A DNA stretch of 64,000 nucleotides from Eledone cirrhosa. Lineage: Eukaryota. The notes under the pieces are model-generated. The model worked only from the letters and a program-made list of their open reading frames with translations. It was not told where the DNA came from and ran no database searches. Location: contig OZ024742.1 in assembly GCA_964016885.1 (NCBI GenBank), forward strand, positions 94,984,001-95,048,000, in the 5' to 3' direction. Of the stretch, positions 1-12,636 are shown piece after piece. Made by a program: the position numbers and the translations under genes. Position 1 is the first letter of the stretch; the number at the start of each line of letters is the position of its first letter.

Positions 1-3000
1 TTACATATTTACCATTATATTTCATTTTTTCTTTTTATAATTTTCTTGCTATTATTTCATGTTATGGTTAAGATTATTCTGGGAAAGCCAGTACAATACA
101 CGTTAGAACTACAAGAGTGAAAATTAAAGTAGAGTGAAGAAAGAAGACCAACTTAAGACATTTTATGCTCATCATTTTTACAGATAGTATTTTATAGTGT
201 AAGGGTCTGCAAATATTTTGGGAAGTGGGTTGGATTGAAAATATGTTTGTCTTTTGGACCAAGGCAAATATAAAATGAAACCATGATCATATGAAAATAA
301 TTTGTTTATTTAATTTATGTTCATGTTTTGCATCATAAGTAATACAGATTAGAGAGAGAGAGAAGGAAAGAGTGACGTTAACTTTAAGCATCCTGTTATA
401 GTGAACAGATAGGTTTTACATGATATTGAGAAAACTTGTGATGGTGCTGTTTGAAGATATACAACTGCATTGAATGTAAGGGTATTTATCTGCTGAAGCA
501 TAAGTGATGTAAAGAGATGTGCTTGTGTGCACAAAACATGAATGGTTATAACTGCAAGAAGTTGTAAGCCATGTAAGTCATATCTCAAAAAGTGCTTGTA
601 TTTCTAAAGTTTTATGATAGAAAAGTACTTGAAAATTATTATTCTATATTGTTTGATTGCTTTAAAAGCAGCAATAACTCTATATCCTATGTTTGTTTCA
701 CAAAAAAATCTGAAGAATTCAGCTGCAATTCAAGTGTCTATATATATGTAAAGGAATAAAATTGGACTTGCAGGTTCCAATACAGGTTTCATACTTTTTA
801 TGGGGTCCTTTTGAGACAATATTTTACGACTGGATGGCTTTCCTTGTGCTAAACTATTTTGTTGTAGCTTATGACAAGCAGGGATATGGTGTGCCTATAT
901 TAAACTGGATTCATACAGAATACTATCTTAATTAACTGAGCTGTAGTAAAAATATAGTAATTGTTATCATTACTGCCACTTCACAAATATTAGTCAGTAT
1001 TTTATAATAGCACCAACATTACTATTTTACAGAGTGCAGTCCGTTAAGGGTTAGTGCTGGTATACAATCAAATGCACCCAGTATAGCCTGTAAAGTAGTA
1101 GTGCTGGTGCCATGATAAAATCCACCCCATATACTCTGTAGGGTCTAGTGTTTATACAATGATGAAATACAGCCAGTAGACTTTGTAAAGTGTTTGGCAT
1201 TAGGAAAAGCATCCAGCTGTAGAAACCATGCAAAAATATGAGTGGGACAAGGTTTTCTAATTCATTCAGTTTAAAACTGTCACAACTTATCCAAACAATG
1301 CCACTATGGAAAGTGGTCATAAAATGATAATTTTGATATTTTCTCTTATCCAATTTAATCATATTCACCACCACTGTCATCATAATTCCTTACACACTTC
1401 AGTATTAACTCAAATTTATCCAGCAATGACTGATTATCTCCAGGCATTGCTAGATTATTTTAGACGTGATGTGATGTGTTTGTCAAGTAGCAAATCTGTA
1501 AACTTAGTCATTCGTTTTTAAACTACCCAGTCCGTAATCTATCTACATATATATGTCTCATACTTACACACACATCAGGCATATGAGGATGGGGGCGGGC
1601 AGAGATTACATATAAAACAATATAAAGAAAATAAAAAGAAATAAGTACATTATAGCAATATCTTATTCATAAATAAAATGTATAAATAAATCAGTGATAC
1701 TTTTATATAGCTACTATAGTCTCGATTCATCAGGAAGGCATTGCTGTGATTTTTGTCAAGTTGGTACATCCTTTGTTTTTTCTTCTTTTTTAACCTCTTA
1801 TGTTCCAAACACCATCTTAATAATGAGAAACTATTAAATCTGGCCAAAATCTTGAATATTGTCACAATTATTTGAAACTGAATGACATGGTTTTCATTAA
1901 AAATATGGTAACAAAAGGATAAATAGATGAATACCATTTTCCTCAGTGATTTTTGTATGGAGACCTCACAGGTGACAGATAATCAGTTGGAAGGGTTAAT
2001 CAGTGTATTCTAGTAATATGGTGCCCTAAATAGTCTCTAACCTAGTGAAATCTATAGAAGTAAAACCTTTACAAATTGCTTCTTATTCAGGCCTGTAAGA
2101 TGTATTTCAACATCACCTTCATAGCCAAAGGCCAAAGAAAAGATTAGGTGAATTTCAACATCAACTGACTCAAGTATAAGTAAGGCCTGTAACATATGAT
2201 GATTTACTTGTAGGCAGAGAAGTAAGATCTGCTGTGATGCTCATGCCTTCCTCATAGTTCTCATAACCAACGTTAGTGAAGAAAGAACTGAAATTGTTTC
2301 AATCTCTGTTGAAACATTGTTACAATCTAATCACAGTTCATTGTGAAAGTTTTGCTGCCTTAAAATAATAATAATTAATAACAACGTTAACACCACCAAT
2401 AATAATAACAACAATCAAAACCAGCATAACTACCAACACTATTGCTGTGCAATTACATAATAGTATTAATAATAATAATAATAATTGTGATGATAATAAT
2501 AAATAAGATTAGTATGATGGTGATGAAAGCTTATTTCATTACACATTGAATAGTTAACTGAAGTTGCTGCAAGCTACATTGCAGATAAACTTTTCAAACT
2601 GATTACTACTGAACAATCAGAGAATTAGAGAGAGAGAGTCAGACAGTGGCTCTTGGTTTGATTGCAATCAAAAGTTTGAGGGTTTAGTCAGCGTAATTAA
2701 ACTCCTTACACTAATAGCTACTAACTGGATAGCTTGCAAATACTGCCTTTGGGCGGAAAACCTAGTGTAATGAAACTGTGAACTAAGAGATTTCTTTCTG
2801 TCTAAGCAAAATCCATTAACCATGCTCAGAATTGTTTTATTTTTAAACGATTTAATTATGCTGTTGTTTCATAATATCTAATTCTCTATGTGTGAAATAC
2901 AAATTTAGAATTTTCAAATTTTGCCTAAAATTCATTACAGTATATTATCACTATTATTATTGTTATTGTCTTCATCGTTTTGTAATGTTGTATGTATATA

Positions 3001-3349
3001 TATATATATATATATATATAAATTCAGTGAGAATCGCATTTCGGCGGGTAGAAAAAGTGAAACGAAACGCAAAACCAGAGCTAAACAATATGTTAAACTG
3101 CCATACAAACTGAAAAAGTGGTCAAGAAGGCATTAACCACCTAAGCCATAAAACAAAACAAGCTAAACAGGTCAAACAAAATAAATGATAAAAACAGACC
3201 TGGAGCCATTGGAATTGATGGTAAAATCCAAATGCAGGGTTTCTATGACACCTAAATCAATAATAGTGTCTGCTTAAAATTATAAGCTTTTGGTATAATG
3301 ATCGAACAAGGAATATCACGTTATCAACAGGTATTTTGCTCTGCATCAA

Positions 3350-3493
3350 TATATATATATATATATATGCACACAAACACATATATATATATACACACAC
3401 ATATATATAGAGAGATATATATTTATATACACACACATATATATATAGATATATATACACACACACATATATATAGATATATATACACACATG

Positions 3494-3549
<56 letters not shown>

Positions 3550-3590
3550 CACACACATATATATACACACGTATATACATACATATATGT
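3350..3590. repeat. Compound (TA)n/(CA)n microsatellite
   Basis: Dinucleotide runs read directly. They explain the YIYI/HTHT/VCVC ORFs at 3257-3765. Confidence 0.95.
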
Positions 3591-3913
3591 GTCTAACCCA
3601 TACTTGCTGGGGAAATGGATGTTAAACGATGATGATGTATATATGCCTGTATGTATATATATACATATATATGTGTCTTTGGGAAGGACTATATATATAT
3701 GTATAAACAGAGAGAAAGAGAAAGAGAGATTCAAGTATAGGTGTGTGGCTAAGAAGTTGGTTTAGGAACCACATGTCTTTGGGTTCAATCACAGTCTGTG
3801 AAATACTGAGCAAGTGTATTTTGCTACAGCCTAGGCTCTAGTGCTGACCTGTGCTTGAAAAGAAATGCAAATAGTGATGTTTGTAGTATGACAGAAATCA
3901 CCAGTATATACCT

Positions 3914-4256
3914 GGAGGCACATGGCTTAGTGGTTAGAGCATTGGCCTTGCAATCGAAAGGTTGTGAGTTCAATTCTCAGATCGGGCAATGTATTGTTTC
4001 CTTGAGCAAGACACTTTATTTCACATTGCTTCAGTTTACTCAGCTGTAGAAATGAGATGATAGGGGCTGGGGTCCATATCATTCCACTATAAAGTGGACG
4101 TGTAGGTGCCACAGCAAAAAAGCACCCAGCACTCACTGTAAATGAGGTTGGAGTTAGGAAGGGCATCCAGCTGTAGAAATCAAGCCAGAATCAGTTCCCG
4201 TGCCACCCTTGCAAGCAGGAAAAGAAGCGGACGTAAAATGAAATGATGATGATGAT
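3914..4256 (+). mobile_element. tRNA-derived CORE-type SINE (family A), full length, RTE-like 3' tail
   Basis: A box (tggcttagtgg) and B box (gagttcaattc); MIR/CORE-like centre (ccttgagcaagacactttatttcacattgct..cagtttactcagctgtagaaatgag); 3' part shared with the RTE 3' UTR (ttaggaagggcatccagc); (GAT)n tail. Closely similar copies at 7433-7743 and 61920-62276. Confidence 0.85.
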
Positions 4257-6472
4257 ACCGTGATATTGTCGGGGAGAAGTGTGTCCTTAATGATGATGGT
4301 GTACTTGCCATCACTGATGCTCATAAGAAGGTAGCTTGGAAGTGTCACTACGAAAGGCTACTAAATGAGGAGAATAAATGGGAGAAAGACAGTCTCCTCC
4401 ACATCGATCCAATAGAGGGACCAACAGTGCTAGTTGAAGGTAGTATAATAAGTAAGGCAATCAAAGATATGAAGATGGGTAAGGCGGCTGGGCCTTTGGA
4501 AATAGTTGCTGAAATGCTGAAAGCTTCTGGAATGGTGGGGCACACTATGGTCACCCGGAAGGTAAACCAAGTCATACAGAATGGGGTCGTTCCGAAGGAC
4601 TGGTGTAGCAGCATCATCATTAACTGCTACAAGGGTAAAGGAGATGCCCTAGATAGGGGTAACTATAGAGGCATTAAATTAATCGACCAGGTCATGAAGG
4701 TCACAGAAAACGTAATAGCGCAACTAATCAGAGAGCGAATTGATCTAGATGAAATGCAGTTCGGCTTTATGTCAGGTAAAAGTACCACAGACGCTCTTTT
4801 CATTGTACGACAACTACAGGAGAAGTACCTAGCTAAAAGTAAACCCCTATACTTAGCTTTTATTGACTTGGGGAAAGTCTTTGACAGAGTCCCCCCCCCC
4901 CTCCATTATCTGGTGGGCTCTTAGAAAACTAGGTGTTGATGAATGGCTTGTGAGAGCTATACAAGCCATGTATAAAGAAAGAATCAGCAAGGTTAGAATT
5001 AACAACGAATATAGTGAAGAGTTTAGCGTAAAAGTTGGTGTTCATCAGGGCTCCGTTCTTAGCCCCTTACTATTTATTATTGCCCTTCAGGCTATCACAG
5101 AGGAGTTCAAGACCGGCTGCCCATGGGAACTCATATACGCAGATGATCTAACGCTCATAGCTGAATCAATGGCTTAACTAGAGAAAAAAATCCAAACATG
5201 GAAGCATGGCCTAGAATCAAAAGGCCTTAAAATTAACCTGTCTAAGACTAAAGTACTAGTTTGTAGGAAGGAAAATAGGGCACCGGTCCCATCTGGGAAA
5301 TGGCCATGCTCAGTGTGTAGGAAAGGAGTAGGCAGAAACTCCATTTTATGTCCCAAATGCAAAGTATGGGTGCAGAAAAGATGTAGTGGGATCACAGATA
5401 AGCTAACTAAGTATATAGATTTTATATGTGGCCGGTGCTCTGGTGCAATAAATAGCAGCAAGTGCCCAGAGAATACTAGCTCATTCCATTGCACAGATGG
5501 TTCTATAGAAATAGTGGACACCTTCCGTTACCTGGGTGACAAAATCAGCAGTGGTGGAGGGTGCTCTGAAAGTACAGTAACTAGAGTCAGAACGGGATGG
5601 AAAAAGTTCAGAGAGCTTATACCACTATTGGCCGCTAAAGGGTTCTCTCTAAAAATGAAAGGCAGGCTGTATGATGCATGCATACGAACAGCAATGTTAC
5701 ATGGCAGTGAGACCTGGGCATTGTGTGCAGAGGATATACACAGACTGGAGAGGAACGAAGCTTGCATGCTCCACTGGATGTGTAATAGTAATATACGTGA
5801 ACGGCAAAGCGTAAACGAACTAAGGGAGAACTTAGGAATAAGAAGGATCAGATGTTGTTTACTCGAGAGAAGACTACGTTGGTACGGTCACGTGATGCGC
5901 ATGAAAGACGACAGCTGTATAAAAAAGTGCAGGGCGATAAAAATAGACGGTAGCCACGGAGTAGGCAGACCCAGAAAAACCTGGGACGACTTGATAAATT
6001 CCGACCTCACACACTTACACCTCTCCAAGACAATATCACTGGACCGAGATCTTTGGTGCTACACAGTAATACAGAAGACCCGCCTTGCCTAAGTACAAAG
6101 CGAAACCTACAGTCAGTAGGCACCTCTAACAAAAATACACCCCCCGTCCACTACCCCCACCCCATCCAATGTAAAGTTATGTTGGTACCACAACATCCAG
6201 TCCGAAATAAATGAGGTCGTGTAGGTGTCACGACAAAAAAACACACAGTCCACGCTGTAATGAGGCCGTGTAGGTAACACGGTAAAAACCTGCCAGTCCA
6301 CACTGTAAACGTGGTTGGTGTTAGGAAGGGCATCCAGCCGTAGAAAACCCGCCAGACAGTCCTATACGAGCAAGACAACCAATCTTGCCTCAAGTGGGAA
6401 AATTCCTGTCCAAACCCATGCAAGCGTGGAATATGAACGTTAAACGATGATGATGATGATGATGATGATACC
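4257..6472 (+). mobile_element. RTE-clade LINE, 5'-truncated and inactivated
   Basis: RT motifs across three ORF pieces (KGKGD..NYRGI, QFGF, FIDLGKVFDRVP, GVHQGSVLSP, YADD at 5136-5147, FRYLG, RRLRWYGHV, GRPRKTW). 3' UTR ends in (GAT)n. Confidence 0.95.
4260..6092 (+). pseudogene. Disrupted RTE reverse transcriptase ORF
   Basis: ORFs 4427-4924, 4863-5177 and 5313-6092 are consecutive parts of one RT. Frameshift at poly-C near 4891-4901 and in-frame TAA at 5175-5177. No endonuclease domain. Confidence 0.9.
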
Positions 6473-6859
6473 ATTCAGAGCATAATTGACCAGTTGGTAT
6501 CAGGTAGAGCATCCAATCATAAAAAAACCTGCCCCAAATGTATTATTCAAACTATGCAAGCTTTGAAAAAGCAGGTGTACAAATTATGATAATTAAGGTA
6601 TGTACATGTGTGTGTGTATCCACTCCAATTCAGGACCTCCTCACTCCCGTGGGAGTAACCCCTCCCTGGCTGATCTTCACTTTTGTTTTGGTCATGTCAG
6701 GTGTGTAACTGTACTCAACAAACTTGGCCAATTACCAGCGGTGAGGCTATTAAACTCATAATTAGGTTGGATGACTGTTAACTTTGAGCAATTCCTCTGC
6801 CTATTTAACAGCTCTGCTTGCACCCCCACATTCATAGCAGCTGCCACCCTGCCCCTGTG

Positions 6860-7118
6860 TGAATTGGTTGGTAATAGGAAAGGCATTCAGCCATAGAATT
6901 CTTGCTAAACTAATTGTGGGGAAGTCCATCAATTGTATCAAAGGTGTGACAACCTCTCCTGAGCATTTGGTGGAATGTAAGACTATACACAAGCAATATG
7001 TAGATCCCTGGTTTGCCTGGGAGATCAGTAACTCCACTTCACTAACGACTTGATTTGTATGAACCCATCCAACCCTTGCGAGCAAGTAAAGCGGACATTA
7101 AAATGACAATGATGATGA
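6860..7118 (+). mobile_element. Diverged SINE/RTE 3'-tail remnant
   Basis: ggttggtaataggaaaggcattcagcc...aacccttgcgagcaag..gcggacattaaaatgacaatgatgatg resembles the family A and RTE 3' end. Confidence 0.55.
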
Positions 7119-7432
7119 ATGGGCAGTAGCACTAAAAATGTGTTGTGCATAAATAGGGGAGTATTTGAAAGCATATAGTATATGTGTAGATACAATAAAC
7201 ACATGAGAGCCTCACTATCAAAGAAAAAATATTATTTCATTACTCAGTGAACATGTCTCAGATATCTCAGTAGCTGATGTGAATGCCAGACAGATATTTA
7301 GATTACATTAATCTCTCATCACTGAACTGGTGTTAAGATGAAAATAGACTAGAGCCTATATAGACTTTGCATTTTGAACATTTGCTGGAGATGCTCCTTT
7401 GCATATAGTGTGAACCTGACTGGTTATAATAT

Positions 7433-7743
7433 ATCATCATCATCATCATCATCATTTTACGTCCGCTTTTCCCTGCATGCAAGGGTGGGACGGGAACTGA
7501 TTCTGGCTTGATTTCTACAGCTGGATGCCCTTCCTAACGCCAACCTCATTTACAATGAGTACTGGGTGCTTTTTTTTCCGTGGCGCCTACATGTACACTT
7601 TACAGTGTAATGATAGGGAACACAGTCCTATCATCTCATTTCTACAGCTGAGTAAACTGGAGCAATGTGAAATAAAGTGTCTTGCTCAAGGAAACAACAC
7701 ATCACCCGGTCTGAGAATTGAACTCTCAAAGAATTGAACTCAC
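7433..7743 (-). mobile_element. SINE family A, 5'-truncated
   Basis: Reverse complement of most of 3914-4256, starting with (ATC)n and ending at the B box. Confidence 0.85.
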
Positions 7744-8023
7744 ACAATCATACACCTGCGTTTCCCTGCTTTAAACACTATACAAAAAATGTTTCATATA
7801 TCTAGTTGAGGAATAACTAGTATTATATATATACATATATAATAGCAAATAATAAATGTATTCACTTATAGAAGGAATTAAGCCAAAATTGTCTAAATTT
7901 CACGTATACAGCCGTTTCATAATATATTCCAGAATATGATTCCTATAACCAATCTTGTGATTGAGCTCAACCACCAATCATCGATCTTAGTGATAAGTAT
8001 CATCAAGCCCAGGGGACATCATA

Positions 8024-8070
<47 letters not shown>

Positions 8071-8862
8071 CTGTATGAGCAAAACAAGGTCAGCTGACCG
8101 AGCACTGCCCACAACAGGATATCCCGTCTAACCCATGCTAGCGTGGAAGAATGGACGTAAAAGTGGTGATGATGATGATATATATTCAAAGTGAAGGGAA
8201 TCAAGGTTTTTAAATTCAATCTATCTTTAACATCTACAATCGTGTTTATACAGGTGATAAGCTTGCATGTATATTCAAACAACATATCAATCAGATATAA
8301 TTAATTAACAGTTATTCACAAAAGATACACACACACCTGCATATCATAAGGAACATCAAGAACGACTGAATTCAACAGAAACACGTATCAAGAACATTAG
8401 CCTGTTCTGAATGTAGGTAAACAACGAAGAAAGCAGACGAATGGTAATTATACATGCTGTTAAATATCATGCTGCTTTATGTTTTCTGCTCCTGATCTTC
8501 TGTTATATCAAAGTGATAATAATAATGTACTTATCTATTTCACATCTATTAATGCAAAAACTACTTAATTACTGTTGTGGGTTTTGGACTTTGTTTTTTC
8601 TCTCTCTGTATGTTGCAGCATATCACCAATCTATTGCTTTTTTTTCAAATGCTTAGGTTAAATAATCTATAATTCCTTATGTCTCATAAGCCTACAAAAA
8701 TACTTCTTCAACAGCTCATACGTTCACCCAATTCACCTGCTTTTTGTTTTTGTTATATTCGAAGGTATTGTTCTCAAAATAAATATCAAAATCTCGTAGA
8801 TTCGATATTATGTAAGATAATTATGTGAGATAAAGCCTTTACCATTAAAATACAATAGTAAC

Positions 8863-9222
8863 TGTAGTGACCTACATTCCGCGGGCTCACATACATTCTC
8901 TGTGCGTGATTTGGCTCAGTTCAGCCAATCAGCGCCAGTAGAAGAGGATGTATCCCTACGCGCCCCGAGGAAGAAATTCCCCGCGAAGATTTGAAGAATC
9001 TCTCTCTTGTACCAGAAACTTCGAGCAAGCAACACGCATAATGCAACGGTGAGATTTTGCACCCTAGCCTCGCCGGCTTAACGGCGCAATGGCACATTCC
9101 CTTTTGTAACCTCTTTTATCTGTAACTTCAACCATATAAGTTAACAAACATTGTTTGTACTACATCAAAAATAAACATACATTTCATCTCTAATTACTGC
9201 TGTTGAAATCATTTCTGCTAAA
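8863..9222 (+). repeat. 5' LTR
   Basis: Starts TGTAGTGACC, ends CTGCTAAA, contains AATAAA. About 7 substitutions relative to the 3' LTR. Confidence 0.92.
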
Positions 9223-9223
9223 G

Positions 9224-9236
9224 TGGTGACCGACGT
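9224..9236 (+). promoter_or_regulatory. Primer-binding site, tRNA-Trp-like
   Basis: TGGTGACCGACGT lies 1 nt after the LTR and matches the tRNA-Trp PBS TGGTGACCCCGACGT except for two missing C. Confidence 0.65.
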
Positions 9237-10823
9237 AAGAATTTAACGCAGCCCTTCTTTTTCATTCAGTTGAACTTTTATTGCCACGTTGCCAACCTTT
9301 TTCGCACCTTGCGAAAATTCAATATATTCCTTTCAAATTTTTTTTGAAAAATTAGCAGTATTTCGAAAACTCTTTCGCCACGAAAAAATTTCAAGATGGC
9401 TACCGACATGTCATGGCTACACTTGACAACAACAACGACAGCAGCAGCGACAGCGTTGTTTAACCACTGACCAATACGGGGAACAGTGAGTGGCAGCTTC
9501 ATAGCCTTACCGACGCAAACCACCACACATCGGAAATTTCGAAACGGCTTGTAACTTTACCGACGCAACCACCATACCTTCTGTCTCGTTACCACAGGGA
9601 CGCGAGAAATTGAGACAGTAGTTTTCTCACCATTATGGCGCCAGACGTGGCTGCCATGTTTGGTGACTGCTACTCTACAGAAGATTCTTTGACTTTGCTT
9701 TAACAATAAGCAACACAACCGTGTGGCGGGACGGTAAAATAGCCACGAAAACTCACAAAAACACCATACATCTAACCCCTAACGGCATTAACAAACTTCT
9801 TTTTCAGTTTTCAGATAGAACTAGTGTCTGTACACTGGTGATGTGTGAACTATTTGACTTTGAAAAACTTTGAACTTATGGGGCAATTTCTCTGCTCCCT
9901 TAGATTGACTTTGAATTATCAGTTTCTTACATTCACATATTTCTTTGTAGAATGCATTTACTTGTTTTGTGCTCTTTTGCTATTTGCTTGCTAATGGTTT
10001 TTGTTCATTCACATTCTTTGCTGTTTTACATGCCTGCATATGCACACATTTTTTTTATCACACACCAACATGTTGTTCTTGGTATATGTTCTTCAAACGT
10101 AATATTCTGCGAGTCCCTTTTCACCTGGTCGAGGTGCTGTCACATGCTAGCAGCTCACAGAGCTTAATCCACTGGATTCAAACAGGCACCGCAACACGAG
10201 AATACTAATTGCAGCTGAACTCAAACAGCTTCGCATCTCGTTGCACACTGATCGTCCATGACGGCCATCCGTCTTGTTGTTTTTGCCCGACTCGCTGGGA
10301 AAGCAACAAATTGAACTGGACTTGTCAGCATTTCGGCCACTTCTGTGGATTCGCCCGAATTATGCAATTTACACTGCACCCCACCTACAGATTAAACTTG
10401 CCTTTTTTTCTTTACAAAGCAACCAGCCATTTTTTCCTGGCTCCACAGCACATTCGACAATACATCTGGGGGCCATCATTTTCTCGCCAGCACTGGTAAA
10501 CTACCATAATAGCTTCGTTGACAGCTACTGGTACAACGCTTACCATTAACATTTAATGCAAGAACAGCAACTTCGCCCATGTCAGACTTTATCTGTTTTC
10601 TGGTAGTCCCTTGAGGGTCTCGTTTAAACTAAAAAACAGCTAGTCATTTGACAGCGGCTCAACACGGCCCGTCGCGCCTAATTTTTTTTGTTCTTGCATG
10701 AATCTTTCTGCTCAATTATTTTTTCACTGATGTGCTCTTTCAGCATTTGTTCTTGCTGAGTCAATGTGTGGGTCCTTGGTTTCTTCGTTATCGATTTTCG
10801 GCTGAAAATCTGGTCGTAAGTGA

Positions 10824-11183
10824 TGTAGTGACCTACATTCCGCGGGCTCACATACATTCTCTGTGCGTGATTTGGCTCAGTTCAGCCAATCAGTGCAAGT
10901 AGAAGAGGATGTATCCCTACGCGCCCTGAGGAAGAAATTCCCCGCGAAGATTTGAAGAATCTCTCTCTTGTACCAGAGACTTCGAGCCAGCAACACGCAT
11001 AATGTAACGGTGAGATTTTGCACCCTAGCCTCGCCGGCTTAACGGCGCAATGGCACATTCCCTTTTGTAACCTCTTTTATCTGTAACTTCAACCATATAA
11101 GTTAACAAACATTGTTTGTACTACATCAAAAATAAACATACATTTCATCTCTAATTACTGCTGTTGAAATTATTTCTGCTAAA
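10824..11183 (+). repeat. 3' LTR
   Basis: Direct repeat of 8863-9222, followed by TAAC. Confidence 0.92.
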
Positions 11184-12557
11184 TAACTATAGAATAATGT
11201 AAAAGCTACAGGGTTAAAGTTATTTAGTCAACAATATTGACCACAGTACTTATTTCTTCTGGTCTGACACATGTTATCTCCTTTTGTTAAAGTACTAATT
11301 TGCAGGACATATATAACAGACACACATGTAAACACAGGCATGGACATACACTAAAAGAATATCACCCTCTAGGTGGTTCCCTGCTGGTGTCCATATATCT
11401 GTGTGCATGTTTTTCAAAAATGCTTCAAAAATGAAAACTACATTTTTGACATGTAAATGATACTTACACCAATATATAATGTCTTGTGATTTATTTAATA
11501 TAACAATGTTTATATTCTACAAAATGACAAGCCACATCATAATTAAGCAAAAATGGGATATGAGCAAATAAACAGAGCAATGATTGAAAGTGTAGCACCT
11601 TCGAAAACATTTAAACCCACACAGATTTTCAAATGAAACTTTTTTTTATGGACTATCAGCTACTCTGTTCTGGGAGGATGCTGTGTACCAGATTACTTTA
11701 TAAATAAATGGCAACACATTTTCTTAAGGTGCAACTGATACACAATCACAATGATATGATTGATTTGGTGGTTCATTTATTTCAAAGCTAAAGTATAGTA
11801 TATATATTTGCTGTTATTGTTGTTGACATGTGTACACTGTGTGTGTATTATTTAGAAACTGTGTCTTTATTATGTAGAAACTACATAATATGACAGCTGC
11901 AGCTTGATAACATTTGTCTTCACTTTTTGGTAGCTGCTGCAGTCTGGTTACATATGCCGAGTTTGGGAAGATGGGTGATCTGTGTTCAAATTGCCAAATT
12001 TGAAGGTTGAGTATGGTTTAGTTTGGCAGGTGTCATGAGTACAGGTTGGCATCCAGTTTAGGGAGTTTGCTGACTGTTTGTAGATGGATTGGAGTAATAA
12101 CTGTCTTATTTACGTATATATTATAGATAACTGGGTAGTGTATTGCTTATAAAAGTGAACATAATATTTTGATCACAACAGCAATATTATCACACATCAG
12201 TGGAATTTGATTTCTTGCTTCGATTGAATACCACGTGATATGTAATTTCCTTGGTTTACATCACCAACAGCAGCAGTAGACACACACATAGAAATATTCC
12301 TTTATTATGTAAACATGCATCTGTTAAATGGAAGAAAAAGAAGAGAAAGAGAGACTCTTTCTTATGGTGCTCTTGGCAACCATGGTAATCTCCGGCATGT
12401 AGGTTTCCTTGATTAGCTTTGGGTGGTTCACCCCCATTGGGGAATTCTGTTATTAGTAATTTATTGTTATTTATAACCTGTTTATTTTTCTCTGTTAACT
12501 AATTTCACGTAAATTCCCACTGTTACACTGTCTTCAATGTTTTCGGCATCAGTGACA

Positions 12558-12565
12558 TATACATA

Positions 12566-12632
<67 letters not shown>
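12558..12632. repeat. (TA)n microsatellite
   Basis: Read directly. Confidence 0.95.

Positions 12633-12636
<4 letters not shown>

Larger units (their letters stand above)
8863..11183 (+). mobile_element. Non-autonomous LTR retrotransposon (Gypsy-like, TRIM/LARD type)
   Basis: 360-bp direct repeats at 8863-9222 and 10824-11183; TSD TAAC at 8859-8862 and 11184-11187; PBS-like tggtgaccgacgt just after the 5' LTR; 1.6-kb interior with no gag/pol ORF that I recognise. Confidence 0.9.

Noticed and set aside
3257-3813. ORFs rich in YI/HT/VC dipeptides (also near 35878-36749, 37560-37857, 44157-44564, 49176-49800, 62965-63276)
   Set aside because: Translations of dinucleotide microsatellites, not genes.
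3914-3985. tRNA gene-like sequence (also 61942-62012 and 32517-32600)
   Set aside because: SINE heads that continue into CORE and tail sequence; no proper acceptor stem.
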